Shown here in pieces: positions 12,457 through 25,688 of a stretch of 64,000 bases of DNA. The notes below the pieces were generated by a model. That model searched no databases. It worked only from the letters and a program-made list of their open reading frames with translations, and had not been told where the DNA came from. Origin of the DNA: Selaginella moellendorffii (lineage: Eukaryota > Plantae > Lycopodiophyta); NCBI RefSeq assembly GCF_000143415.4, contig NW_003314360.1, forward strand, positions 290,284 to 354,283. Direction: 5' to 3'. A program made the position numbers and the translations under genes. The first letter of the stretch is position 1. Every line of letters starts with the position of its first letter.

Positions 12457-14282
12457 CTATGCTCTGCGGCACACCCTAGCATCCGTGAAGACTAAACCAG
12501 GTTTGCACAGGAATCCTCTCTCCGGCGCGCAATGTCTGTCCTCCTTGCACAGGCACAGGCCCTCGAGCGCGCAGTAATCGCGGTAGACCGAGGCGTTTTG
12601 CTTGATCCCGAGCACGGCGTCGGACCACTCGCTGGAGAAGTATCCGTCGGGATCGTAACGCTGGCGGACCTCGAGGAATTTGGCCAGGTTTGTGACTCGA
12701 GAGCCCATGTCCTCGAACATCGCGTTTTTGTTCTTCCCCCAGTGTGGCCTGCCTTTGTATTTCTTGAGCAGCATTTGCTCGATCTCATCCGTCGCGTCCT
12801 GGTCCAGCCGGGGCATGTTTTGCCGGCGGTCTCTGAAGTAGAGCAGCTCGAATGCAACTGAGTCCTCGGGCTCCGCGAGGTAGGCCGTGGATCCTTTGAT
12901 GAATCTGAGCTGTGCTCCGCCATAGATATTTGCACCGCAGAGCTTGGTTGGGTCCATTCCATCGCGGATCTTCTTTATGTCTTGGATGGCTTCGTTGATC
13001 CTGGAGAGTGGGATTGCTAGGGATGTCTGGAAGTAGAATTGTCCAGGAACGTCGGGGTCCCAGTAGCATGTTAGCCTCTCCCCGGATGCTGATCGTGTGT
13101 TGTTTAGTGCAGTGTTTTGGCAGCCTCCAGCGGTTTGGAGCTGGTGATTAAATCCCACGACTGGATATCCGCGAAAGGTATTGCTCCTGTCATTCACCAG
13201 GCCATCTCCGCTCGAGACTCGGTTCTCAACCCCGTTTAGTGATTGTTGGCAGACGAAGGAAGCGTTCATCTGGGACATGAAGTTCTCCTCTACGTACAAG
13301 AATCACAATTTCAACGTAAGGTGAGAACTCTGATTTTTATGAGGTGTTGGAGCTTACCTCGGACTCTAGACTGTCTTACGTTTGTCTCTGGAGCAGGATC
13401 ATTGCCAGCGTTCCTTCCCTCGCCAGGGGTACTTGCCGAGACCTTGTTGTCTACCCTCAGCAGGATCTTCTTCTGAGAGATGTACCAGTTGATATCCCCA
13501 AACGCATACCTGCTTGCGAATCCAGCAACGTCATTCTCGAGGGTGCTGTCGTCGCGGGCCTGCTTGGTGATGGAGCGCTTGAACATCGGCTCCACGTCGA
13601 GCGTGACCGTGGATATGGCTCCAAGGACGCCAATAGACAGCTTGGCTGCATTCAGGTCCGGGCTTGATTTCCCAAGTTTGATGACTTTGGCATAGCCTTG
13701 CTCCCTTGATGCAGGAACGACGATAGTGATTCCGGAGACATAGTCATGCACTGCTCCACCTTTCCCAAGCAGACTGCTGCCGTGCGAGCCCGTGCTTATT
13801 ACTCCGGCGATTGATAGACCGTTGAAGTAAGGCGTACAGGGCAGTGCCAGATTCTGCGCAGCTAGCCTCGCCAGGAGATCTTGAAGCTGGACTCCTGCGT
13901 CGGCGGTGACGGTCATAGCGTTGCTGTCGATGACAATTCTCGAGTCATACCTGCTGGTGCTAATCAGGAGTCCGGAGCTTCCTCCTGGACATGCGGCGCG
14001 AACGAGGCTGTGAGAGAGCTTGCTCACAACCTTGATCTTCTGCCTCTGCTGCACACCGCTTGCAACCGCGGCAACGAGCTCAGCTTCGGTGGTTGGGTAA
14101 GCCACATTTGCTACACCGCACAAAGCTCTCTCATACCAGATCCCTTGATAGTTTTGCAGGGTGCAGGCACTGCTCCCGCTCCCGCAGCTGATTGGGAGAA
14201 TTGCTACCGCGGAGCTGCAGCAGAGAAGCAGGATCATCACCCACACACCTGGAAGAACACTCCATGCTCTGGTCAGCCTCAT
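12457..14282 (-). CDS. L-gulonolactone oxidase-like FAD-linked oxidoreductase (plant GulLO family), secreted
   Basis: Signal peptide MRLTRAW..; FAD-binding motifs YPTTEAELVAAV, SHS, GVISTGSHGS, GVLGAIS; C-terminal GRPHWGKNKN, YDPDGYFSSEW, CALEGLCLC; exons 14282-13358 and 13289-12457 (68-nt intron). Confidence 0.92.
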
Positions 14283-15149
14283 TGCGGTGCTGGTCGCTGC
14301 TGTGGAAGCATACAAACAAGTAAGTGATTTTCTCTTTTCTATATGTTTGTAGCCGAGCTGAGCTTTCGTTTTATGTAGCTGGCTGGCAGCCTGACTGGAC
14401 CGGCTGGCTCGACGTCGCTTATCCATTCTGAGGCGTATAAAAAGCTGACTTTTACAGGCAAAAGCGTGTGGGGGCCAAAGAACTCTACGGAGATAAGAAC
14501 ACTTAAATGACAGGAAGAACTCTAGAGCGTCAAGGAACTCATGCTCTTCATAAGGATTTCCATCCAGAAGCGGAGGATATACAGTCGCTGTTGAGTGGTG
14601 GATTGTGACAATCACCGATCAAACAAAAGGGATTCGGATTCTTGCTTTCAGTTGGCGTAAGCAACTGGAAATTCTGCAAGCGGTCAGGAAGTGGACGATG
14701 GCTGTGGCTGGCCGCCGGGTTGCTCGCTTGCAGAAACAGCGACACAATCTTTGAGAACACGCGAGATTCGAAGTCATGGCTCTCGCGTATCGAATGTCGT
14801 GCACGGCCGTAAAGACTCGCTCGTTTTCTATGTGGAGCTTCCTTCCAGGAAACTTGGAAAGTGCCGCTTACATTAATTACTGAGCTTTGTATTTTGCAAT
14901 TCAAAGAATAATCAAAATGATTTTCATTAGAATGGGAAATTTAAAGGCGAAAGTGCGTTTAAATCAATTTCTAAGCTAATTTCTAGAGGATGGCATTAGA
15001 ATATCACACCCAGAAGTAAATTTAATTTTGGAGTGATAAAATTATCATGCAGAACAAATTGAGATGATACTTTATAAAGGTGTGGTTCCATCCCAGAGTA
15101 ACATGATCTCTTGGATTTTTACAAGTAGTGCTATTTGTTTGTCTACAGC

Positions 15150-15910
15150 CACAAAGTGCTAAACTTTTGCAGTGATATTCATTTCCAGATATACCAAAGG
15201 CACTGTTGATAGCGATGCATCACATAATCAGTTACTGCATACCAATTAAAATTATATAAAATAGGTTGATAATGAATATTAATATCAACTACATCCTGTT
15301 AAAAGTTTTAAATACATTTGCAACCTCAACAACACATCCAAGATTATCATGATGTATACCAATAGCATTAGTAAATTATGATATATAGCTTGGAGCACAA
15401 TATGAACGAAAAAAGTTCATCACTAAAAACTTTCTTGCTCCAAATTTATATAAACTCAGAATATTAGATTTAATTCCCAATATCACTGATGGAATAGTAG
15501 TATTAACAAAATATGTAAAATTTGGCATCATATAATTAATATCATTACCCCCATTTCACTAAAATTAGCTTCATCCAAATGATCTTTTACTTGTTTGTGC
15601 AGGTAATATGTGAGTGTGTAGCAAAAGAATGAGGATATAAAGAAGGTGGACAAACTGTAGCTCCAGTATGACCAAAATTCAAATTTGTGAAATAAATTAA
15701 CTATTATATGTTAAACTAGAACATGTAAAATCACTAAGTTTCAGACCACGAGTCAAAAAATCAATAAACAAATATCCATCACTAAGTCTCCCAGTAGGCT
15801 TTCCAATTGTCATTCCATATGGAAGATGTCCAGAAAGGCTTAAACCACCGGCTTCTGAATTCAGATTGCGAGTGTTTGATAGTGAATCAGTAAAACTAGA
15901 GATCACAATT
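15150..15910 (-). pseudogene. GDSL lipase/esterase pseudogene (AT-rich, decayed)
   Basis: SFTDSLSNTRN (degenerate FGDSLSDTGN), PYGMT, GKPTGRLSDG..IDFL; downstream sequence full of stops; lower boundary approximate. Confidence 0.75.
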
Positions 15911-16984
15911 GGATATATATTAAATTGAAAGCTACGTGTGTGTGCTTTCATTTTTATTTCATTGTTGATGTTTTTACATTAAAGGTTTTTAAATTATGCA
16001 CTCAATAATTTAGAATTAAATCTACCTTATAATTCGAGTAAGAGGTAATAATGGCTTTCTGATCGTATGCAAGCTTGTAGAGTCCTGTCTTTGATACTTT
16101 TCAGGGCCGAAATCTTTTCCGTATTTGTACACTGAACTCGTTTGACAGCGGACAAATTGTGTCGAGGCTGAGAAGCAGGCATATGTCAGGAACTGCAATT
16201 AAGCAAGTGGTTCAGGTTAACGTTACCACTTAAGAACGAAGGCCTCCAGATCTCTCATCCCCAAATTCACAGCCAAAGCATTTCATCATTGAAATTCTGC
16301 TTTTTGCTATGCTTAAGCTTCAAGAATCTTGCAGCCTTACCAAAAGACGAGCTTTTCCAATTCGACCGACACCTTTACTTCCAACACTTCCATGTCTTTG
16401 ACCTTGTTATCATCGTCAAACTCCACCCAGGGAACTCCAATGTCACTCGCGAAGTGCTGCGGTGCATACACTAATGCAGCTCCATGAACCCAGCGGTCTC
16501 ACAGCTTCTGCTTGGAAAGCTTGACAACCTTTTCCAATGGAATGAAGTGATTGAAATAGAGTAAAGCCCGAGTCGTGTTAAGTGGAATGCAGTCCTCAGG
16601 ATTCCATTTGCCTCCAAGCAAGTGCTGCAAGTAGTCAAAGTACGAGTCGCAGGAATGCCGCTGTTCGTGCACACTCGTGCATTGCCACGAGAAGAATGAT
16701 CCTAGCGACCAGCTCGCCCCTCTCCCGTTCTACAACGCAAACTTCTCTATAGCGGGACGCAGATATCTGTGATTGTGCATAAGCCGTGCCGCTGCCCCAA
16801 CACGGCTCCACTGACACTTAATGTGATCATTCGTCATCGCACGTCGCCACGAAGCCTGCCACGAAACATGAGTCGGAGAACAGCTGCGGTCCGATAGAGG
16901 CCATGAACAAGGCAGCAGCCTGTTCCTGCGACAGCGCTTGCTGGGGAACGATTTTCTTACGACAGCGATCAGCCAGCTTATACT

Positions 16985-17420
16985 TTGCGAATCCCACGCT
17001 CTGCCCACAGAGAAAAGAATCCATACTTCTCGGATTACCACGGGAGTGAACTTAACACAGGTTCCAGCTCCAACGTCGTCAAGACAAACAAAGCCCACAT
17101 GGTGATTTTCATAGTTCCCAAGCTCTTGGATTTGTGCTTTATGAGAGAAGAGTTTCTGGTTTCAGTCGAGAAGCTGGAAATCAGGTACGCGAGAAAGGCC
17201 TGCTGGCTGCTCGAGTGTAAATGGAAGGAACTGCCACCATTAGGATGAGTCGCCGTTCATGCTTAGGATTGCTGTGAAGCATGATAGACTTTGAACATTG
17301 CCCTCGTGAACTGGGATCAATGTACCTGTTATCACAACGAGAAGGGATTCCCCTTTGTCCTGATATCTGCCCAACTAATTTGGATTTTGCTTCTAAGTAT
17401 TCAGAAGATGAAACTCGGTC
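16985..17420 (-). pseudogene. Degenerate 5' fragment of the 513-aa membrane-protein gene
   Basis: FVCLDDVGAGTCVKFTPVVIR is identical to the 24147-25688 protein; the upstream flank (17380-17420) matches 25695-25752. Confidence 0.85.
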
Positions 17421-18269
17421 AGCTTCGCCATGCACGATGGATCGAAAATGATGGATTGGTGGGGTACTGAAGATTTGCCTCACGGAAACTTTGATGTCAA
17501 GTTATTGTGCAATTCGCAGTTCGATCAATCCTTTTCATAGCTCAAAGTATCAGGTACGAAGGCTGCCCGCTGAGACGGCTGCATTGTGCCAGATCCCATG
17601 AGGGCCTATCGTGTTGTGCCACGGCTCGATCAGCCAGTGATCTCGGAGAAAATCGATGGTGTGTGGATTGGAAGCAAGCGTTTCTCGGCCATGACAAGTT
17701 ATCTGCTCTCTAAACTTGATGCTTACACCGCAGCTTGGGGCAGAACGGTTCAAGTTTCAAGGACCCTTTGCCCGGAGCAGTGGCTGGGGGAAATCGTTCA
17801 TGGTGTGCAGCCTGCGCAACTCTGGCGTGTTTGTGATTTACTGTTCCTTCATGCGTGAAGGTTCCACCGGGTATCCACCGAGGTCCGCTCTAGCTCCGTG
17901 TATTGAGGGCGTGGTGACGGCATTGCGCATCTGATCGCTCGCGAGCTGGCTGCGTCCAGGTTGACAGCCGTTGAATGGTGCGAGCAGCAACTCTTGTTCT
18001 CGGAAATCCACAAGTCCATACTGGAAGGTTTCATAGGAAGGATGATCTTGGTAGTTTCCAGTGTTTCGAAGGGCACCGGGTCTTATGCCAACCGGCGCTT
18101 AAAAGCTCAAGCAACTCGGCCTCGAGAGTTATCAGCCACTGACCACCTCGAGAGCTAGATACGCGCGGTGGCACCTAGAGATGTCTTCAGCAAGGTTTCA
18201 CCATGGTCTTAAGGTAAACTCGACGTTACTGAGCACGAGAACCTGTTCAAGCATAGGAAGCTGTTGACA

Positions 18270-19262
18270 TCCAAGCTTACTGGAGACATGAAAGTGGAGA
18301 TACTGAGCAACACTGTTGGATCCACAGTGTTGACCCTTCCCAACTGGAACATGCACATCCAGAAGTCAAGTGGGATGACTTTGAGAAGCATCGATCTCAA
18401 TCACGCTAATGCGATCAGCAAAGGCATGGAGCTGGGGAAGGTTTGGACCCATCGACGACTTTCATAGTCAAGACAGCTCCGGAAGCAGCAGGATTCGACA
18501 TGTCCGAGTGCGAGTCGACCACGGAGAAAGCTTTGCCTGCTTGGAGCTCCTCAAGCAACAATTCGATTTCCTCATCTGTTGACTTGAGGACCACCGCTAC
18601 TTTCGTCGACGTTCTGGGATCGTTCATGTCTCACGTCAAGAACTCTTACATTCAAGCGCGGAACTCAGCCCTGGATCTCCATCATCCGGCCTCAGATTTC
18701 TGGGTGGCAGCAGTGGCTCTTCCCAGTGCTGTGGTGGGAACAGCCGTGCCTTTCATCAATCTCCAGATCAAGCTCTTCAAGAACTTGACAAGTTTTCAGC
18801 AATGGAAGACGATGATGCTGTGTGTGAGCAATTATATTCTCTCGGTAGCATCTTACTCTGCTGTGCTTGCTATGATCCCCGCCGAGATTCAGAAGGCAGA
18901 GAGGAAGTTTGCGACCTGGGGACTGCTCGCTGACCAAGTTCCAATCACAAGGCAAGGGCTCAAGTTCTTGTTGTTGTCAAGGCTGAGTCGGTCTATAAAT
19001 CCGGCAGCCTCATATTGGCATGGTCCTCCACTGTGATCCATGTTCCACTAGTCGCGTGCATAACATTCTATAGATGCAAGCAAGTATTCTCCAGGAGGTG
19101 GCTTCTTAAGGTAACGAGCACGCTGGAAGACGAACAGCTCCTTGATCTTTAAGCCAGCTCGGTGGAGCAGCAGCGGCTGGAGAGGAAGCTCGAGGCAGTC
19201 AAAAGTTCAGAAAGAAGGGACAACCAGCTACAGAAGATGAGAACTTACAAATCACTCTCGTT
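18270..19262 (+). pseudogene. Degenerate 3' copy of the 513-aa membrane-protein gene
   Basis: VLTLPNWN..SIDLNHANA, SSSVDLRTT, HPASDFWVAAVALPSA, EQQRLERKLEA shared with 24147-25688; frameshifts and stops present. Confidence 0.88.
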
Positions 19263-19384
19263 GACCGGGTTGGACTCTATTTGCTGCTTTGAGTCTTGGT
19301 CCTTCCCTTCATTTATCTCCAGAAAGCTCGTGCATTTCTTTCTTCAATTTTCTCTCCAGAAAAGAGTACGGCGCGCGAACAGTG

Positions 19385-19830
19385 GAACACATCCCTCCCA
19401 TATATGCCCGTGCATATTAGTCGATATCACTCCGGAGATTGATAGGCTGCTTGTTAGCCTTGGGGGTGGCCATTGCTGTGAAGCATACAAACAAGTATTT
19501 TCTATACGATTGTATAGCCGAGCTGACTGGCTGGACGTTACTTATCGTGTATAAAAAACTATGTGAAGGCCAAAAACTCTACGAAGATAAGAACACACGT
19601 AAGTGCTAGATCGCCAAGAAGAAATGTCAAGCCCCGAACGGATTTCCATCCAGAAGTGGACAATATTACAGTCGCTGCCCAGTGGTGGACCGTGAGCGAG
19701 GACGACAATCACCGATCAAACAAAGGGGATAATTTTTCAGTTTAAGAAACTGGAAACTGGAAATGCTGCGAGCTGTCGGCTCATGGCTGCCTCGCTCTCT
19801 CCCTCGCGGAAACAGTGACACCATCTCTAG
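19385..19830 (-). pseudogene. Remnant of a GulLO paralog and its upstream region
   Basis: 19478-19830 is collinear with 14300-14750 (GAAGCATACAAACAAGTA..., GGATTTCCATCCAGAAG..., GACAATCACCGATCAAACAAA); 19400-19450 resembles 13785-13825. Confidence 0.75.
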
Positions 19831-20052
19831 CCACGACTGTTACTAAACCATGTAATTTTTTTTATCCCAGAAGATATACCAGCCCAAATATTCTTCTGTT
19901 GGCATATTTGCTAGGATAGATGCTTATATTCTAGTGATGATGCGTTAAAGCTAGTGGTGCCAGCACATTGCAGAGCTATCGAAATTCTGGACAACATTCT
20001 TCACAAGTGTCGTCTCTTTGAGATCTTACTTTCCTTCTTCTTCCTTCTCGAC

Positions 20053-21090
20053 ATGTCTAAGTTGTACCAAGCATTGGCGTCGGCCACCACCGTGAGTTTT
20101 AGATCTTGTAGCAGCGGGAGCCAGCACGATGAGACAGCGTCCTCTCTGTTTCTCAACAGGATTGTGGACGAGTTCTTGGAAGAGGAGGCCGATGGCGGCA
20201 GCATCGATCATCAAGACCACACTGTTGCCGCTGGAGAGAATCACCATGAGGATCACTCAAATGCGGATCCGGAGGAGTTGAAACTGCCGGAGCTAGAAAA
20301 TTTACTCGTCAAACAGGTGCGTGCATGCTTCTTTCTTCCAACTTTACCTTTACAAGAAGTCTGGTTTGTGTCCAGAATGATGGTGAGATCGAGCTGCTGG
20401 CTGCGGATGCTCGACGATCGAGAGATCAAGCCGCAAAATTGAATCTCCAGGGAGCAGCTTTGCAAAGAAGCGTGATGAGCAAACTCCGGGGCATGGGATA
20501 CAATGCCGCTGTTTGCAAGTCGAGATGGAAGGCAACAAGAACCATTCCTGAAGGTCACAAACCTCTGCGAACTTGTAGAGATTATTGTGTTTATATATGC
20601 ATATGATCTTCCAGGGCACTACAGTTTCATCGATGTTCTTCTCCATCCCAGAAAACGAGTGTTCATCGATACGGAGTTTAGCATGCAGTTCGTGATTGCT
20701 CGGCCAAGCCAAAGCTACGCCGCCACATTGAGCAAAGTCCCTCGACTTTTTATTGGCACCTCGGAAACACTCCATCGCTTGATCCTTCTCACATCCAGAG
20801 CGATGAAGCAGTCGCTCAAGAGCCAAGGCCTGGCAATACCTCCATGGAGGCAAGAAGATTATCTCAAAGCGAAGTGGTTCTCCACTTACCGGCGAACTAC
20901 AAATCCTAAGTTTGCTGCCCAAGAACATATGCATGAGTTTCCTGATTTTGAGCAGTTCATGGCAGTGTCGACTAAGATCAGGAAACCATCAGGGTCTCCT
21001 CGGAGATCTGGACTATCAGCTCTAGCCGCTGCTGGTTTGATCCATCACGAGGATGAAAAGTCTCGCCACCACCTTGTTGCAGTTGTATAA
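20053..21090 (+). CDS. DUF506 (PDDEXK-like) plant protein
   Basis: LRGMGYNAAVCKSRW, GHYSFIDV, FIDTEF..QFVIARP, AMKQSLKSQGLAIPPWR..AKW; introns 20317-20375 and 20554-20614. Confidence 0.92.
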
Positions 21091-21868
21091 AAAACTTCTA
21101 CTTTGACTTTAGCTGACGACTCGTTGACATTATCGATCAGTGTGACTTGTGGTATCACGGTATTGTCCACGTCTCTAAAGCAAGCATTTGAAATGCCGAA
21201 CTTCTTTGGTGTCACTCGACAGACCTGTTTGCTTGTAGTTCCAGGGGTCATTGCTCTCGGTGTGACCAAAAGCCCAGCAAGGGCATTGGCGAGACGCCAC
21301 TCGAACGCTTCACCGATGCATTCCAGGAGCTCCAAGAGACGACCGAGAATCTGTCGCAGAAAGCTATACTAGGTAACGTTACACACGTGATTGAGAAAGC
21401 TCTGTAGAAAACTGGATGATCAAGAGACGCAGTCCATGATAAAGTAAGTTTTCCTCGAATGTAAAGCTTGTTGGTAGTGTAGAAAATTTCAACTCGAGAT
21501 TGCAAACATATACTTAGGAGATTTTGAGTTTTCAATGAAGAGATTCACCATATTCAAAGGTATGAATCCATGAGACGATCGTATGAAAGAGCTTGCGGCT
21601 GACCCGTGCCATTCTATGATGGAGCTGCGCTTAGCGATTTCGAGGACGACGATCGGAGCGCGTCGTCGAGATAGCAGGCCTCGAGGTGTGCACTCCTCAA
21701 GAAGGAGCTGGATCGGCATCTGGAGGGCGAGAATGAGCTGGCGGATTCCTCCAAGAGGCAGCGGGATGATGCGCAGGGGCAGCTGGAGAATATTTCGAGG
21801 CAGAGGGAGGATTTCCAAGATCGTCCACCTCGCCATGGTTTTTGCAAGAGGACCGAGGAGCTCATGGA

Positions 21869-24050
21869 GAAGAAACCAGCTACAGACGAGGCAGCTGTTG
21901 GCGTAGCAATTCTGGAGGAAGTCGACAATTGCAATGGTAAGTTCTCGTCATTCTTTTTCTTTTGTTACGTTTTTAAGGACGAATGAAAAGAACGCCCTCC
22001 AGTTCTCTTATGCTTCTCCCAGGATGGCTATGCTGTCGTGTCGTCGGATGATTCTGGCGATTATCCAGTGGTGGCGCCTGGACGCGGAGGACATCACCAT
22101 AAAATCTGGGACTGTTGCGTACGTCACTACTGGAGGTGACTTCCTCACGTTTCACAGTTTCTCTTATGCGGAAAACGTCCTGTGCCTCGCGGTGCTGACA
22201 CTGTTGTCCTGGAGAATACGTGCATTTTTTCGTTCGATGGACATAAGAAATTCGCGTCCTGTCCGGTGCTAGCCAAGGCCAAGATATACGCCTGTGGTAT
22301 GGACTTTGTACTTGAAAGATCCTTTCACTCTTTAGGATTTCTTTTCACTCTAGAATCTGGTAGCTGGGAACTTTGTTTCAATCCAGGGTTTGATATTGCT
22401 AAAAGAGACAAAGTTCTATCAGCAGTAGCGGAAATAGCAAGCGTTGGGACTACAAAGGTTAAGGTAGAAAGCTGGAGTGTTTCTGTTTTTCCGTTGTACT
22501 TCACAGTCTTGAGTTTTCAGGTGTTTCCACGCCCCACAGTTATACTGTCCACCGGAGATGAATTAATAGATTATTCTGGAAATAGTTTACAGAGAGGCCA
22601 GGTGACAATATACGTCCACTTCTGTTGTTTCAAATCTGGCCTTTCGTTTTGCATAGATTCGGGATTCAAACAGACCTATGCTTGTTACAGCTGTTCGAAG
22701 TCATCAATGTACTTGTATCGATCTTGGAATCGCTAGAGATATTGAAACAGGGATAGAAGCAAAACTTGACATTCCTCAGGGTGTCGATGTTCTCATATCG
22801 ATGGGGACAGGGATTTCGTGAAGCCAAAACTTGCTGAAAGGGGAACTATCTATTTCAACAAGGTTAGCTTTGTACAAGTCTTTCCTTTTGTTTTGTGCTC
22901 TGAAACCAGGGAAGCCACTGACGTTTGCAACACTTGCAGCCCCAGGAAGCAACAAGAAAATGCTTGTTTTCGGCTTGCCTAGGAACCCTGTCAGTGGCAT
23001 GGTGACTTTTGATCTTATTACACTTTCCCTTGCAAGTAAACTTCTGCCAAGTTCCAGAATACATTCGAATGACAACTTGTTTTATGCAGAGTTCAAGCTA
23101 GAACACGTGAGCCAATCAAGCTTGATCCAACGAGGCCAGAATATCATCGCGCTGTTTTACAATGGGAGGACATTGAGATTTAGTCGGGGTACGTTTCAGC
23201 AGTTTCATTTAATGATTGCAACATGACGTTGCAGAGAGCACAGGACGACAGGCTAGTGGTTGCCTCTTGGTATGTGCAAACACGTTGCTCGAGCTTCCGA
23301 AAGGGCCTGGAGTCCTAACCGCTGGCTCTCTTGTTTCTAACAGGGATATCACGAGCAAATCAAAACCAGTGAAAACTCCGGACCCGACCAAGCCAGGCAT
23401 AAAAAAAAGCATCCTAATCGTGAGTGACACGGAAGGTAAAAGCTGGACGCTCTTTTTCTGGACCATTGTTTTGTTTCTATCCAGCGGACAGAGAATAGAT
23501 CAAAGCGGTAACAGGAGGATAGAATCTACCTTGGGGCTTTCAAGCAGCATTACGGTGGCTAGACCTTTTGCCTGGTGGCCTCCGGGTGTACAGCCAGTTC
23601 CTCCTGTTAGAGTATTCGTTTTGTTTAGAACTCGAAGCATATATTATGACGCACTCACCGGTGGTTAGTATCAGATCAATGTGTTGATTGTCACTCCAAT
23701 CTCCAAGCACTTCCTGTATTTTTGGTATGCTATCTGGTATGATCGCTGTTACTACCACTTTCGCTCCTCCCAGGGTCTTCGAGAGACCTGCACGGCCCTT
23801 CAACACCGGTGCTCTCGAGGAGCGTGGCTGGGTATATTTTCATATCATTTGGACAGAAGAAGTTATCTCTTCGCTCGATTGTCACAGATAATAAACATGC
23901 CTGGAAATCCCAATGCAGTGCAAGTACCAGCGCTGCCGCATCGGTGACAAGAGAAAGAAGCACCCTCGCCATTCTCCCCATCACGACGCGGCTTTACATC
24001 CCAACGATGTCGAGCAGCTTCATCGCTGCACAAGGCGCTCGTGTTCCCAT
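21869..24050 (+). pseudogene. CNX1: Molybdopterin biosynthesis CNX1 (gephyrin-like, E+G domains) pseudogene
   Basis: DGYAVV, YVTTGG, LSTGDEL, IRDSNRPML, SMGDRDFVKP, KPGKPLTFA, FGLPRNPVS, RPEYHRA, SILIVSDT, IINMPGNPNAV; frameshifts, deletions and an inverted block; start approximate. Confidence 0.85.
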
Positions 24051-24146
24051 TGAGTTTGAGCTTTGGTTTGATCAAAATAAAACCAGGACAAAATAAAAAT
24101 TTATAAAACAGAAAAAGATGGTAAGAAAAAAAAGAGGCAAGATGTG

Positions 24147-25688
24147 CTAGGAGAGTGATTTGGCTCTGTTGTAAATTCTAATGCTCTGGAGCTGGTTGAC
24201 TCTTCTCTCTAAACTTCTAATTGCCTCGAGCTTCCTCTCCAGCCGCTGCTGCTCCACGGCGCTCATTTCTATGGCTTGAAGATCAAGGATTCGTTCGTCT
24301 TCCGGCGTGCCCGAGGCCTTGAGAAGCCGTCTCCTGGAGAAAACTTGCTTGCATCTATAGAATGTCATCCATGCGACCAGGGGAACGAGGAAAGCAGTGG
24401 AGCACCACGCAAGTATGAGGCTGCCGGATTTGTAGACCGACTCGGCCTTGACAACAACGAGAACTTGAAGCCCTCGCCTTGTAATTGGAACTTGGTCCGC
24501 TAGCAGCCCCCAGGTCGCAAATTTCCTCTGCCTCTGGATCTCAGCAGGGGTGACGGCAATCACAGCAGAGTAAGATGCAACCGAGAGAATGGAATTGCTC
24601 ACGCACAGCATCATCGTCTTCCATCGCTGGAATCTCGTCAAGTTCCTAAAGAGCTTGAGCTGGAGATTGATAAAAGGCACGGCTGCTGCCACCACGGCTA
24701 TGAAGGCACTGGGAAGAGCCACCGCTGCCACCCAAAAATCCGAGGCTGGATGATTGAGGTCCAGGGCCGAGTTCTGCGCCTGAATGTAAGAGGTCTTGAC
24801 GTGAGACATGAACGAGCCCAGAATGTCGACGAGAGTTGTGGTGGTCCTCAAGTCGACAGATGAGGAAATAGAATTGCTGCTCGAGGAGTTGTCAACTCCA
24901 AGCAGGCAAAGGTTCCTGCTTGGTCGCCTCGCAAAGACGACTTGCTTGGACATGTCGAATCCTGCTACTTCCGGAGCTGTCTTCACCCTGAAATTCGTAG
25001 ATGGATCCAAATCTCTAGTTCCCCTGAGCACTATGATGTTTCGGTTGAAAGTTTGTGGATCTAGCTCCATGCCCTTGCAAAAACCGAGGCCGGTTGCATT
25101 GGCATGATTGAGATCGATGCTTCTCAAAGTCATCCCACTTAACCTTTCGATGTGCGTGTTCCAGTTGGGAAGAGTCAAAACCTTGGATTCAACAGTGTTG
25201 CTCAACATACCGTTTTGCTCTTCCCATAGAGAAAAAAATCCATACTTTGTGGTACCAGGAATGGCCCGGATCACCACGGGCGTGAACTTAACACAGGTTC
25301 CAGCTCCAACGTCGTCAAGACAAACAAAACCCAATGCCCACATAGTGATCTTTATAGTTCCCAAGCTCTTGATTGTTTCCTCGGACTCGTGCTCTACGAG
25401 AGAAGAGTTTCTAGTTGAGAAAAGCCCACCTTTCTCCGCAACCTCGGCCGTGAGGTTTCGACCCGAGAAGCTAGAAACCAAGTACCCCAGAAAGGCCTGC
25501 TCGCTGCTCGATTGTAAATATGGAAGGAATTGCCACCAGTTGGATTTGTGGGACGAGTCGCCATTCATGCTCAGGATTGCTGTGAAGCATGTTAGACGTC
25601 GAAGATCGCCCTCTTGAACAGAGATCGATGACACTGCTGCTCGCACCAGTGCTGTAATTATCACAAAAAGAATGAATCTCCTTGTCAT
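24147..25688 (-). CDS. Unknown single-exon 513-aa membrane protein (signal peptide, ~3 TM segments, C-terminal coiled coil)
   Basis: Long uninterrupted ORF; hydrophobic N-terminus; hydrophobic runs at FWVAAVALP.., MMLCVSNSILSV.. and LILAWCSTAFLVPLVAW; two degenerate local paralogs. Confidence 0.75.
   Translation of the reverse strand: MTRRFILFVIITALVRAAVSSISVQEGDLRRLTCFTAILSMNGDSSHKSNWWQFLPYLQSSSEQAFLGYLVSSFSGRNLTAEVAEKGGLFSTRNSSLVEHESEETIKSLGTIKITMWALGFVCLDDVGAGTCVKFTPVVIRAIPGTTKYGFFSLWEEQNGMLSNTVESKVLTLPNWNTHIERLSGMTLRSIDLNHANATGLGFCKGMELDPQTFNRNIIVLRGTRDLDPSTNFRVKTAPEVAGFDMSKQVVFARRPSRNLCLLGVDNSSSSNSISSSVDLRTTTTLVDILGSFMSHVKTSYIQAQNSALDLNHPASDFWVAAVALPSAFIAVVAAAVPFINLQLKLFRNLTRFQRWKTMMLCVSNSILSVASYSAVIAVTPAEIQRQRKFATWGLLADQVPITRRGLQVLVVVKAESVYKSGSLILAWCSTAFLVPLVAWMTFYRCKQVFSRRRLLKASGTPEDERILDLQAIEMSAVEQQRLERKLEAIRSLERRVNQLQSIRIYNRAKSLS

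Noticed and set aside
14283-14615. N-terminal extension of GulLO from the ORF track
   Set aside because: The signal peptide begins at ATG 14282; the upstream part includes a TATA-like motif and is probably promoter/UTR.
16100-18250. Coding-like fragments around the membrane-gene remnant
   Set aside because: Apart from 16985-17420, no consistent frame or recognisable motif.
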